Positions 9,150 to 18,307 of a stretch of DNA of 26,644 nucleotides are shown here, in pieces. The notes beneath the pieces were generated by a model. That model made no database searches. It saw only the letters and a list, made by a program, of their open reading frames with translations, and was not told where the DNA came from. The first letter of the stretch is position 1. Each line of letters starts with the position of its first letter. Source of the DNA: an uncultured Ilumatobacteraceae bacterium (lineage in GTDB: Bacteria; Actinomycetota; Acidimicrobiia; Acidimicrobiales; Ilumatobacteraceae); contig CAZMHG010000002.1 in NCBI GenBank assembly GCA_964565975.1, forward strand, positions 1-26,644. Direction: 5' to 3'. The position numbers and the translations under genes are program-made.

Positions 9150-10694
9150 GTGTCGCTCGCCACCCGCATCGCCGTCGCCAGTGCGGCACTCGTCGCCGGC
9201 CCACTGATCAGCGCGACCACCTCCCGCGCCGGCACGCCGCAGATCCCGGTCCCCAAAGCCCCCATCCCGACGATCGTCGTTCCCGTCCCGACCATCGTCG
9301 TGCTGCCGACGATCAAGCCGATCCCGACGATCGTGGGCCCGCTGCCCACGTTCACCTTCCCGACCATCGTCCTGCCAACCCTCGGCACGGCGCCCCTGCC
9401 GACCTTCGGGACGACACCTCCGACGACACCGCCCACCACGCCGCCGACGACACCCACGACGACACCCACGACCAGCGCCACGACCACACCCACGCCGACC
9501 ACCAAGCGCCGGGCGACCACGACGACGGTGGCCAACCAGGGCGAGCCATTCTGCGCCTACCGCCGCGAGTTGATCGTGGCGACCAGCGACCTGTCCGGCC
9601 AGCGCGATCAGCTCGGGCTGCGCGACCCGTCGTCGGCCGACGTCGCCAACCTCGACGCCGCAGCACTGACCGCGATGCACGCCCAGCACCTGTTCCCGTA
9701 CGTCGTCACGAACGGCGCCGACCCGCTGGAGGTCGCCCACCGGCTGGCCGGGCAGGGCGTCGTCGCCTCTCCCGTGTCGCTGGTCATGCCGGCGTCGCAG
9801 TGGGGCTTCTGGGCGGCCAACCCGGCGGTCGATCTGGCCGACCCGGCGCCCACCGTGGACGGCCAGCTGAGCGCGCCCGCGCACCTTGCGGTGCTCGACA
9901 CCGGGTTCAACGCCTCGGCCGGCGACCCTGCGTGGATGACCGCACGGGTCAAGGCCGCCAGCGACCTGGACCACGACACGATGTCGCCAGCCGTCAGCGG
10001 CCACGGCAAGTTCGTCGCCAGCATCATCGCCCAGGAGCGTCCGAACAGCGACATCACCGTCGCCGGCGTCACCCCGGTCGCCCCGGCGTTGTTCGTCGGT
10101 GACGGCCGCAGTCCCCTGCCGACCACGCTGACCGACTCGTCCGACGAGTTGCAGCTGTGGCTGGCGATGAGCCGCCTGCAGGCCACGGGCGTGACGTTCG
10201 ACGCACTCGACCTTGGCGTGGGCACCTACGCCTGCCCGTTCTCGACGTCCGGCCTGGCGACCGAAGCGGCGCTGATCTCGTGGTACAGCACGACGAACGG
10301 CAAGCCCGCCGTCGCCGCCGCCGGCAACCACGTCCCGACCGAGCCGCAGGGAGCGACGATGCTGCCTGCAGGGTTGGCCCGTACCGCGACCGACCGGTTC
10401 GTGCCGACCTTCGAGCCGTCGCTGTGCGCCGCCCCGGTCCGCTGCGTGGCCGGTGCGCTGTACGACGTGCAGTCGGTCGGCGCCGGCGGCAACCCGTCGG
10501 CGTTCACCAATCCCGGCCGGGTCTCGGCACCAGGCGAGCAACTCGTCGGCGTCCGCGGCGACAACGGTGAGGCCACGGTGTGGAGCGGGACGTCGTTCGC
10601 CTCGGCGGTGATCGCCGCTGCAGTGGCCGACGGCATGCGCCTGGGCCAGGGCACGATCGCCGCCCTGCAGCACGCCGAGTCCCGAGCCGGCTGA
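9150..10694 (+). CDS. Secreted S8 (subtilisin-like) serine protease with Pro/Thr-rich N-terminal linker (514 aa)
   Basis: Triad and oxyanion motifs VLDTGF, SGHGKFVASII, AAAGN, WSGTSFAS; signal peptide; GGAG RBS at 9141-9144 before GTG 9150. Confidence 0.85.
   Translation: MSLATRIAVASAALVAGPLISATTSRAGTPQIPVPKAPIPTIVVPVPTIVVLPTIKPIPTIVGPLPTFTFPTIVLPTLGTAPLPTFGTTPPTTPPTTPPTTPTTTPTTSATTTPTPTTKRRATTTTVANQGEPFCAYRRELIVATSDLSGQRDQLGLRDPSSADVANLDAAALTAMHAQHLFPYVVTNGADPLEVAHRLAGQGVVASPVSLVMPASQWGFWAANPAVDLADPAPTVDGQLSAPAHLAVLDTGFNASAGDPAWMTARVKAASDLDHDTMSPAVSGHGKFVASIIAQERPNSDITVAGVTPVAPALFVGDGRSPLPTTLTDSSDELQLWLAMSRLQATGVTFDALDLGVGTYACPFSTSGLATEAALISWYSTTNGKPAVAAAGNHVPTEPQGATMLPAGLARTATDRFVPTFEPSLCAAPVRCVAGALYDVQSVGAGGNPSAFTNPGRVSAPGEQLVGVRGDNGEATVWSGTSFASAVIAAAVADGMRLGQGTIAALQHAESRAG
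9264..9503 (+). repeat. Coding low-complexity repeats: about 8 PT(I/L/F) units then a TTPP/TTPT tract
   Basis: IPTIVV VPTIVV LPTIKP IPTIVG LPTFTF PTIVL PTLG LPTFG, then TTPPTTPPTTPPTTPTTTPTTSATTTPTPTT; DNA unit ccgac(c/g)atcgt recurs. Confidence 0.85.
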
Positions 10695-10699
10695 CACAT

Positions 10700-10766
10700 T
10701 GCCGGGTCACCCCGGCAGCAGATCCCCCAAACGTCAGGCCCGCCGGTCGACCACCCGGCGGGCCTG
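10700..10766. terminator. Two GC-rich hairpins between convergent genes (possible bidirectional terminator)
   Basis: tgccggg-tcac-cccggca (10700-10717, 7-bp stem) and caggcccgccgg-tcgaccac-ccggcgggcctg (10735-10766, perfect 12-bp stem). No U-tracts. Confidence 0.5.
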
Positions 10767-12389
10767 GCGCGTCCAGGCCGTGACACGTCCCCGGCGCGCC
10801 GCGCGGCGGCGGTCGGCCAGTACCTGGCGCACGACGTTGCGGCCGGGGATGCCGGTGACACCGCCGCCCCCGTGCGTGCCCGAACCAGCCTGGTACAGCC
10901 CACGCACCGGCGTGCGCAGGTCGGCGTAGCCGGCTGCCGGACGGGCATGGAACATCTGGCCAAGGGTCAGCTCGCCGTGGAAGATGTTCCCGCCGGTCAG
11001 GTGGTAGGTGTGCTCCATGTCGTACGGACCGATCACCTGGCGGTGCAACACCGACGCGCCGAACCCCGGCGCCACGGCGTCCATCCGCGCGATCAGCCGG
11101 TCGGCGTAGGCGTCAAGCTCGTCACGATGCGGTGCGGCGTTCCAGGTGTGCGGCACCCACTGGGTGAACATCGACACGATGTGCTGGCCGGTCGGCGCCA
11201 GGGTCGGGTCGAACACCGACGGGATGCACACGTCGGCGAACGGCAGCGTCGAACCACGCCCGGCGACGGCCTCCTGGAACGCGGTCTCCAGGTCGTCGAG
11301 CGATTCGGCGAGCACGATCGTCCCGCCGTACACCGCCGGGTCGGGGTCGGGGTGGCTGGCGAACCGCGGCAGGCGGTCGACGGCGACGTTGACCTTCACC
11401 GTGCCGGAACGCGACTTCCACGAACGGATGTCGTCGACGAATCCCGTGGGGAGGTGTTCGCCGCCGACCAGCTTGAGGAACGACACCTGCGGATGCGCGG
11501 TGGTGATCACCGTGTCGGCGCACAGCTCGGTGCCGTCGACGAGCGTCACCCCGGTCGTCTCGCCGGCGCGCACGTCGATCCGGGCGACCGGTGCGTTGGT
11601 TCGGATCTCGGCACCCAACGCCTGGGCGGCGCCGGCCAACGCGTTGGACACGCCGCCCATCCCGCCGCCCGGGAACCCCCACGCGCCGGTACGCCCGTCG
11701 CCCAGGTCACCGATGTGGTGGTGCAGGGTGACGTACGCCGTGCCGGCCGAGCGTGGCCCGGCCCACGACCCGATCGCACCGGAGACCGACAGCACCCCGC
11801 GAACCGCGTCGGACTCGAAGCGCTCCTCGACCAGGTCGGCGATGCTCGACGAGAACAGCCTGGTCAGGTCGACCGCGGCGCGCTCGTCGACGTCCTTGAA
11901 CCGGCGCAGCATCAGCGCCTGCGCGGCCAGGTCGGCCGGCCGCCGTGACCCGATGTGGGGCGGAATGTCGCCGAGGAGCGGGCCGAGGAGCTTGCCCAAC
12001 CGGCTCATGTCCGCGTCCCAGCGCTCGTAGGCGGCGGCGTCGGCCACGGAAAACTTGGAGATCTGCGCCCGGCGCGCCGCAGGGTCGTCCGGCAGGGCCA
12101 AGTAGCGACCGTCGCGGCGGGGCGCGAAGTACGGGCCCTGCGGGTACACGTGGTAACCGAAACGGGTCAGGTCGAGGGCGTCGACGATCGACGGCGGCAG
12201 CAACGACACGACGTACGACAGCGACGTCACGGTGTAGTCCGGGCCGAACGGGTGCTCGCTGACGGCGGCACCACCGACGATCTCGCGGGCCTCGCACACG
12301 CAGACGCGCAGGCCTTCCTTGGCCAGCAGGCCGGCGGCCACCAACCCGTTGTGACCGCCGCCGACGATCACCACGTCGTATCGCTGCAT
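10734..12389 (-). CDS. Phytoene-desaturase-family NAD(P)/FAD-dependent oxidoreductase (551 aa)
   Basis: Dinucleotide-binding YDVVIVGGGHNGLVAAGLL, EAREIVGGAA, GGMGGVSNALA, GGNIFHGEL and C-terminal LYQAGSGTHGGGGVTGIPGRN. Confidence 0.9.
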   Translation of the reverse strand: MQRYDVVIVGGGHNGLVAAGLLAKEGLRVCVCEAREIVGGAAVSEHPFGPDYTVTSLSYVVSLLPPSIVDALDLTRFGYHVYPQGPYFAPRRDGRYLALPDDPAARRAQISKFSVADAAAYERWDADMSRLGKLLGPLLGDIPPHIGSRRPADLAAQALMLRRFKDVDERAAVDLTRLFSSSIADLVEERFESDAVRGVLSVSGAIGSWAGPRSAGTAYVTLHHHIGDLGDGRTGAWGFPGGGMGGVSNALAGAAQALGAEIRTNAPVARIDVRAGETTGVTLVDGTELCADTVITTAHPQVSFLKLVGGEHLPTGFVDDIRSWKSRSGTVKVNVAVDRLPRFASHPDPDPAVYGGTIVLAESLDDLETAFQEAVAGRGSTLPFADVCIPSVFDPTLAPTGQHIVSMFTQWVPHTWNAAPHRDELDAYADRLIARMDAVAPGFGASVLHRQVIGPYDMEHTYHLTGGNIFHGELTLGQMFHARPAAGYADLRTPVRGLYQAGSGTHGGGGVTGIPGRNVVRQVLADRRRAARRGRVTAWTRQARRVVDRRA

Positions 12390-12537
12390 GCCCGTACCGC
12401 CACCCATCTCGTTCCTCGCTCGTCCGACCCGACCGGTCGCCTCCGGCCACGGTACTGCCGCGCACCGTGCGGCAGCTCGGGCGGGCGCGGACAGCGCCCT
12501 GTCCGGGCGATTACGGTGCGGCGGCGAGGAGGGCGGG

Positions 12538-13446
12538 ATGATCGAGGCCCACGGGTTGACCAAACGGTTCGGCGAGAAGCTCGCCGTCGACGACCTGCAG
12601 TTCACCGCGCGGCCCGGCGTGGTCACCGGATTCCTCGGCCCGAACGGGGCGGGCAAGTCCACCACGATGCGGATGATCGTCGGCCTCGACCGCCCGACGT
12701 CGGGCTCGGTCGCCGTCAACGGCCATCGGTACGACGACACGCCGGCGCCGTTGCACGAGGTCGGCGCGCTGCTCGAAGCGCGGGCGATGCACGCCGGTCG
12801 CACGGCGCGCAACCATCTGCGCGTCCTTGCCGCCACGTGCGGGATCCCGGACCGCCGGGCCGACGAGATGCTCGAGCTCGTCGGGCTGGCCGAGGTCGCC
12901 GACAAGCGCGCCGGGACGTTCTCGATGGGCATGGGCCAGCGGCTGGGCATCGCCGCCGCGCTCCTCGGTGACCCGCACACGATCGTGCTCGACGAGCCGG
13001 GCAACGGGCTCGACCCGGAAGGCATCCTGTGGGTCCGCAACCTGCTGCGCCAGCTCGCCGCCGAGGGGCGGACGGTGTTCGTGTCCTCGCACCTGATGGC
13101 CGAGATGGCCCTCACCGCCGATCGGCTGATCGTGATCGGCCGCGGCAGGACGATCGCCGAGGGCACCGTCGACGAGATCACCGGCCGCGCCGCGACCGCT
13201 CCCGTGCGGGTCCGCTCGCCGCGCGCCGACCGCCTGGTTCCGTTGCTCGCCGCGCCGGACGTCTCCGTGAGCGCCGTCGCCGAGGACGGCGGATTCGAGG
13301 TGACCGGGCTGACCACCGATCAGATCGGCGACATCGCTGCGGAAAACGGTGTGGCGATCCACGAGTTGACCCGACGGGCCGCGTCGTTGGAACAGGTGTT
13401 CATGGAACTGACCCAGGACGCCGTCGAGTACGGGGCCGGCCGATGA
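12538..13446 (+). CDS. ABC-2/BcrA-type exporter ATP-binding subunit (302 aa)
   Basis: Walker A GPNGAGKST, signature FSMGMGQRLGIA, Walker B VLDEP, H-loop SSHL; GAGGAG RBS before ATG 12538. Confidence 0.92.
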   Translation: MIEAHGLTKRFGEKLAVDDLQFTARPGVVTGFLGPNGAGKSTTMRMIVGLDRPTSGSVAVNGHRYDDTPAPLHEVGALLEARAMHAGRTARNHLRVLAATCGIPDRRADEMLELVGLAEVADKRAGTFSMGMGQRLGIAAALLGDPHTIVLDEPGNGLDPEGILWVRNLLRQLAAEGRTVFVSSHLMAEMALTADRLIVIGRGRTIAEGTVDEITGRAATAPVRVRSPRADRLVPLLAAPDVSVSAVAEDGGFEVTGLTTDQIGDIAAENGVAIHELTRRAASLEQVFMELTQDAVEYGAGR

Positions 13447-14294
13447 GCACCGACCGGTCCACGCCAGGCATCCCGACGCTCGATGCCGCGGCGACCGCGC
13501 GCGTGCGCGTCACCCCGTGGCGCGTGATCCGCAGCGAGTTCCTCAAGCTGCGGACGCTGCGCTCCAGCTGGTCGAGCGTCCTGATCGCGATCGGCGCGAT
13601 GGCCGGGATCGGCCTGATCATCTGCTGGTCGACGGCCAGCGACTGGAACAACATCCGCCCGCGGCGCCGGGACCGGTTCAACCCGCTGTCGGACAGTCTC
13701 CAGGGCTACCTGCTCGCCCAGCTCGCGGTGGGCGTGCTCGGCGTCCTGACGACATCGAGCGAGTACTCCACCGGCGCGATCCGGGCGACCCTGGCCGCAG
13801 TCCCGAAACGCCTGCCGGTGCTGTGGTCGAAGGTCCTCGTCGTCGCCACCGTCGTCGCCGTGACGATGATCCCCAGCGCGCTGCTGGCCTTCTTCGCCAG
13901 CCAGCGCATCCTCGCCGGGCACGCCGCCGAGGGCGTCCCGCACGTCACGTGGGACATGCCGACGGTGTCGCGGGTCGTGCTCGGCACCGGGATGTACCTC
14001 GTGGTCGTCGCGGTGATCGGCGTGGCGCTGGGATCGATACTTCGCCACGTCGCCGGGGCCATCGCCACGCTCGTCGGGGTGTTGGTGATCCTGCCGGTGA
14101 TCGCCCTCGCCCTCCCGGACACGTGGGCGGACCGGATCAACAAGTTCCTGCCGAGCAACGCCGGGCAGGCGATCATGTCGATCTTCGGGGACACGCAGCT
14201 GATGACGCCGTGGCGCGGCTTCGCCTTGTTCTGCGGGTACGCGGCGTTCGCCGTGCTGCTCGCTGCCGTGCTGCTGCGCCGGCGCGACGCCTGA
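13443..14294 (+). CDS. ABC-2-type exporter permease (283 aa)
   Basis: ATGA overlap with the ATPase; SEFLKLRTLRS and SEYSTGAIRATLAAVPKR motifs; six TM segments. Confidence 0.9.
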   Translation: MSTDRSTPGIPTLDAAATARVRVTPWRVIRSEFLKLRTLRSSWSSVLIAIGAMAGIGLIICWSTASDWNNIRPRRRDRFNPLSDSLQGYLLAQLAVGVLGVLTTSSEYSTGAIRATLAAVPKRLPVLWSKVLVVATVVAVTMIPSALLAFFASQRILAGHAAEGVPHVTWDMPTVSRVVLGTGMYLVVVAVIGVALGSILRHVAGAIATLVGVLVILPVIALALPDTWADRINKFLPSNAGQAIMSIFGDTQLMTPWRGFALFCGYAAFAVLLAAVLLRRRDA

Positions 14295-14300
14295 GGACGC

Positions 14301-15356
14301 TCAGCCGGCAAGCCGATCGAGCCGGTCGCTGGACCACACGCCCGGCGGCGGCCGGAGCAACGCGCACAGCCCGACCAGTGCTCCGTCGTAGTTCACGCGC
14401 CAACCGACGTAGTCGCGCCAGGCCTGCTCGCGGTCGGCGACCACCGGCAGCCCTGCCTCGGCGAGTTCGTCGAGACACGCGTCGAACTCGGTTCGCCCCA
14501 CCGTGATCGGATCGGTCGGCTCTGGCCGGGTGGGGTAGGCGACACCGAAGATGTCGGCGATCCGGCGCAGGCACAGGTAGCCGGCCCGGATCGCGATCTG
14601 GGCCCGCGGATCGGGTGGGAGATCCAACGCGCTGGCCCGGAGGGCAGCGATGTCGAGCACGCAGCCGGCCGCCGTCAGCCAGTGGCGGCCGGGCTGGGGC
14701 GAGCGGAAGAAGGCCAGCGCGCTGTGGGTGGTGTGGCTCTCCTCAATGTCGGCGAACCACTGCTCCCACCTACCGAACTCGTCGCCCAGCCGGTCGAGCC
14801 ACCCGATCCGCTGGTAGCGGGTCAGCGCCTCGACCGGCGACGGCGGGATGCCGGCGCGCACCTCGAGCAGCCCGACCAACGACTCGCGCCGGCTGAACGA
14901 TCCGTAGATCGTCGGCAGGTACGAGATCATCAGGCTGACCAGTCCGAGCCCGATCGCCGCCTCGGCGACGGCGACCATCTCCTGCAGCAGACCGTCGGGA
15001 CGCTCGAAACCAAGGGTGACCAGCGACGAGCCGCTGATCGCGATGGCCTCCGACAGCGGGTTGGTGCCCAACCCCCAGAAGATCGCGGTGAACGCAACGA
15101 GGATCAGCGTGACCCACACCAGCGGCAGGGTCAGCAAGGCGATCGGCCCGTACATCGCCCACAGCGGCTCGCGCTGCTCCCACGTGCGCGACCGCCCGCC
15201 GAGCGCCTTCATCACCCGGCGCAGGGCCACGAAGTGCCAGCGGGTCAGCGAGGTCGTCAGCGCCCGCGGGACGACGACGGTCTTCACCGCCGACACGAGC
15301 GTGTACACGGCGAGCAGGATCCCCGGGATGACGGCCAGGAGCCGGACCATGTGCAT
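14301..15356 (-). CDS. K+-channel-like membrane protein with a cytoplasmic C-terminal domain (351 aa)
   Basis: TM, pore-helix-like AIAISGSSLVTLGF (15003-15017) and TM arrangement, followed by a soluble domain. Confidence 0.65.
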   Translation of the reverse strand: MHMVRLLAVIPGILLAVYTLVSAVKTVVVPRALTTSLTRWHFVALRRVMKALGGRSRTWEQREPLWAMYGPIALLTLPLVWVTLILVAFTAIFWGLGTNPLSEAIAISGSSLVTLGFERPDGLLQEMVAVAEAAIGLGLVSLMISYLPTIYGSFSRRESLVGLLEVRAGIPPSPVEALTRYQRIGWLDRLGDEFGRWEQWFADIEESHTTHSALAFFRSPQPGRHWLTAAGCVLDIAALRASALDLPPDPRAQIAIRAGYLCLRRIADIFGVAYPTRPEPTDPITVGRTEFDACLDELAEAGLPVVADREQAWRDYVGWRVNYDGALVGLCALLRPPPGVWSSDRLDRLAG

Positions 15357-15378
15357 CGCTCGTTCCTACGAGGTTGGG

Positions 15379-16443
15379 CTACGGCTCGATGGTCAGGAAC
15401 AGCACGATCATCATCAGCACCACGTGGATCGCGCCGTTCAGGATGCTCGCCCGGCCACGGCTGAGGGTGATCGACGAGACGACGACGGTGAGCAACAACA
15501 GCACCAGTTCCTTGGCCTCGAGGCCGAGCACCAATGGTGTGTCGATCCACACCGACGCAAGAGCGATCGCAGGCACCGTCAGCCCGATGCTGGCGATGCC
15601 GGACCCGAGCGCCAGGTTGATGCTCGTCTGCAGCCGGTTGCGGCGAGCGGCACGCAACGCGGCGATCGTCTCGGGGAGCAGGACCAGACCGGCCAGCACG
15701 ACACCTTCCAACTGCTTGGTGGCACCGAGCGCGTGGACGAAATCCTCGATCGCACCGGACGCGGTCTTGGCCAGCCCGACGACGGCGACGAGGCAGACCA
15801 GCAGGACCAGCACGTGTGCCCGCATCCGGCCGGGTTCGTCGTGGTGCGGTGCGTCTCCGTCGGCGAAGACATCGCGGTCGAGCACGGTCTGCGCGACGAC
15901 GAACACCGCGTACAGCACGATCGCGCTGACCGCAGCGAAGGCGAGTTGGGTACCGCTGTAGGTGCGGCCGGCGGTGGAGGTGGTGAAGCCGGGGAGGACC
16001 AGCGTGACCGCGGCGAGCGTGGCCATGGTGGCCAGCAGGCCGCTGGTGGCGTCGCCGCTGAAGGTGACGACGCGATGACGCAACGCGCCGACGACCACGC
16101 TGAGCCCGATCACCAGGTTGCTGACGATCATCACCGCGGCGAACACCGTGTCGCGCGCCAAGGTGGACGCGCCGGGCTTGCCCCCGGCCATCAGGGCGAT
16201 GACCAGACCGACCTCGATCACCGTGACGGACAACGCCAGCAGCAGCGTGCCGAACGGTTCGCCGACGCGTGAGGCGATCACCTCGGCGTGGCGCACCGCG
16301 GTGAGCACTGCAGCGACCAGGGCGACGGCGACGGGTGTCACCGCGAACCCCGTCGGGTTGTGCCCCCAGAACCCGACCAGCACGGCCAGGCAGGCAACCG
16401 CGATGGCGGTGCTGCGCAACAGTGGCGAGCCCAGACGAGTCAC
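15379..16443 (-). CDS. chaA: Ca2+/H+ antiporter, CaCA family (ChaA-like, 354 aa)
   Basis: Alpha-repeat motifs GEPFGTLLLALSVTVIE and LLPETIAA...LQTSINLALGS; about 10 TM segments. Confidence 0.85.
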   Translation of the reverse strand: MTRLGSPLLRSTAIAVACLAVLVGFWGHNPTGFAVTPVAVALVAAVLTAVRHAEVIASRVGEPFGTLLLALSVTVIEVGLVIALMAGGKPGASTLARDTVFAAVMIVSNLVIGLSVVVGALRHRVVTFSGDATSGLLATMATLAAVTLVLPGFTTSTAGRTYSGTQLAFAAVSAIVLYAVFVVAQTVLDRDVFADGDAPHHDEPGRMRAHVLVLLVCLVAVVGLAKTASGAIEDFVHALGATKQLEGVVLAGLVLLPETIAALRAARRNRLQTSINLALGSGIASIGLTVPAIALASVWIDTPLVLGLEAKELVLLLLTVVVSSITLSRGRASILNGAIHVVLMMIVLFLTIEP

Positions 16444-16590
16444 CGGTCAACCTTCGCACACGCCGAGCCCACCGAACGACCGACGCGCCCGGTTCCCATC
16501 GCGTCCCGCACCCGCGCTGGCCAGCCGCGCGGTCACCATCACCAGGCTCGGCACCGGCCGTGCCTGCTCCAGGTCACATCAAACTGGCCG

Positions 16591-17709
16591 TCATCGGTCC
16601 TTGAGTGCAGCGATCGCACTCCTGCCCGTGAGACGACAGCTGAACCAGACCAATGCCAGGCAGGAGAGAAGGCTCAGCAGTGCGAATCGCAGGGCTGACA
16701 GCACCGCGACGCGAACAGCAAACCGCACGCTGTCTGGAGCCGACCACGCAAGCTTGGTGATGACGATGGCGACCATCAAGCTGGCGGCGACCGTCCAGAT
16801 CAACGCGAGCTCTGCGGTTCCGACTGCGCCGACCTGATGTGGCCGAAAGCCGACGACGACGTACAGGCCGCGTTCTGAGCGTCGCATCAGCAGCGACATC
16901 GCGAAGAGGACGGCGACAACCGCTGCGCCGATCAAGTAGTACAGCCGACTCGGGCGCGCTGCGAATGCGTCCTGTGGCGCCGGGATTAGATCCGAGGCTG
17001 GCAATGCCCACCCCTGCGAAATGCCTGAGGTAGCTGGAATGAGCGATCTCACTGATAGCGCAACGGAACCTCGGCTGTTTACCCGGGCAAACAGCAGGCA
17101 CGCATCCACATTCCCGTCGAGATGAACGCGGGAGATGACATTGCCCTCTAAACCGGCACCCCACGGCGAAAGATCAACGGCTCGCGCATCGACGGCGGTG
17201 TAATCGCCGCCATCACGGACGACCCATTGACGCTGTTCTCTGGGTGCCACATCAGCTCTGCTGTCAACGAAGATCGAGCGGCCCGACGCTGCGCCGAGTA
17301 GGCCGTCGAGATCACCGTCGGCCTCCCACGCCGGCAGGGACTCGCCGTTCTCTCCGAAGAGCTTGACTTCTCCGCGCCTTCTCATCCAGACGGCATGCTC
17401 GACGGCTGGAATCACGCGTAGGCTCGAGCACGTCTTCGCCGTCAGGTGCCCGGCGGGGCCGGTGCTGCTCAACACATACGTAGCGAAACCCCTGTCCACC
17501 ATCTGCGCGGTGTCCCGTACGATCCTGGTCGTCGCGTTGTACTCCACGACAAAGATCGCGAGCGCGCTCGACAGAACGATGGAGATCAGAAGTCCGGACA
17601 CCGCTGGCCGGGAACGCAGGTTCCTGCCAGCTTCAACAACGGCACTTCGTACGGACAGGCCTGCGTCGAGGGCACCATGCGTTGCTCTAGAACGCATCGA
17701 GATTTCCAT
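16591..17709 (-). CDS. MacB/FtsX-like ABC permease (372 aa)
   Basis: One N-terminal TM, a large extracytoplasmic domain and three C-terminal TMs; RRSERGLYVVVG resembles the FtsX RRxE...G motif. Start is 17709 or 17697. Confidence 0.7.
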   Translation of the reverse strand: MEISMRSRATHGALDAGLSVRSAVVEAGRNLRSRPAVSGLLISIVLSSALAIFVVEYNATTRIVRDTAQMVDRGFATYVLSSTGPAGHLTAKTCSSLRVIPAVEHAVWMRRRGEVKLFGENGESLPAWEADGDLDGLLGAASGRSIFVDSRADVAPREQRQWVVRDGGDYTAVDARAVDLSPWGAGLEGNVISRVHLDGNVDACLLFARVNSRGSVALSVRSLIPATSGISQGWALPASDLIPAPQDAFAARPSRLYYLIGAAVVAVLFAMSLLMRRSERGLYVVVGFRPHQVGAVGTAELALIWTVAASLMVAIVITKLAWSAPDSVRFAVRVAVLSALRFALLSLLSCLALVWFSCRLTGRSAIAALKDR

Positions 17710-18307
17710 CGCTGAGACGTACCCGACGACACTCCTTTGGAAGTGATTGGATGTCGTGAGTCACGATGACTACTGCCCGGCGAGCGTCGCCAGCTACCTC
17801 GGCCAGCGCACTCATCACCATGTGAGCATTGCGTTGGTCAAGATGGCTGGTCGGCTCGTCGGCGAGAATAATCGGGCGGTCCGAAGCAATCGCTCGGGCG
17901 ACGGTCATTCTCTGAAGCTCGCCTCCCGATAGCCGTCTCGCCTTCACATTTCTGAGGCTCTCAAGTCCAACCTTGGCCAGCGCCTCGGTGGATCGACGAT
18001 CTCGTTCGGCCATCGACCAGCCGTGCAGAATGCTCCCTAGCATCACGTTGTCCAGTACCTGTCTTGCTGGAAGGCAATTCAACGACTGAAGAATCCAAGC
18101 AAACGGTCTCGATGTGTCGTGCTGGACTTCGACGTACCCACTTGTCGGCAGGAGCAAACTACCAAGCAGCGCCAACAACGTCGATTTTCCTGACCCGGAC
18201 GGGCCACAGATTGCCAGCGCTTCGCCAGACCCAACGTGAAGGTTGATCCCGCGAAGTATCGCCTTCCCGCCTTCGAACGCGAAGGAGAGATCGTGAGTGG
18301 TCAGCAC
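17687..18307 (-). CDS. ABC ATP-binding protein, LolD/MacB type (206 aa)
   Basis: GPSGSGKST, LSGGELQR, ILADEPT, VTHD; GTG start overlaps the upstream stop. Confidence 0.92.
   Translation of the reverse strand: MLTTHDLSFAFEGGKAILRGINLHVGSGEALAICGPSGSGKSTLLALLGSLLLPTSGYVEVQHDTSRPFAWILQSLNCLPARQVLDNVMLGSILHGWSMAERDRRSTEALAKVGLESLRNVKARRLSGGELQRMTVARAIASDRPIILADEPTSHLDQRNAHMVMSALAEVAGDARRAVVIVTHDIQSLPKECRRVRLSDGNLDAF

Noticed and set aside
9264-9530. CRISPR-like or non-coding tandem array
   Set aside because: The repeats are in-frame coding Pro/Thr units with no spacers; no cas genes in the window.
7821-10697. 958-aa ORF read as one giant protein
   Set aside because: The part above about 9017 is the antisense of the S8 protease; only the 3' 398 codons carry oxygenase motifs.
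10734-13316. 860-aa ORF as a single gene
   Set aside because: The portion above 12407 is antisense to the ABC ATPase; the Rossmann motif starts right after ATG 12389.
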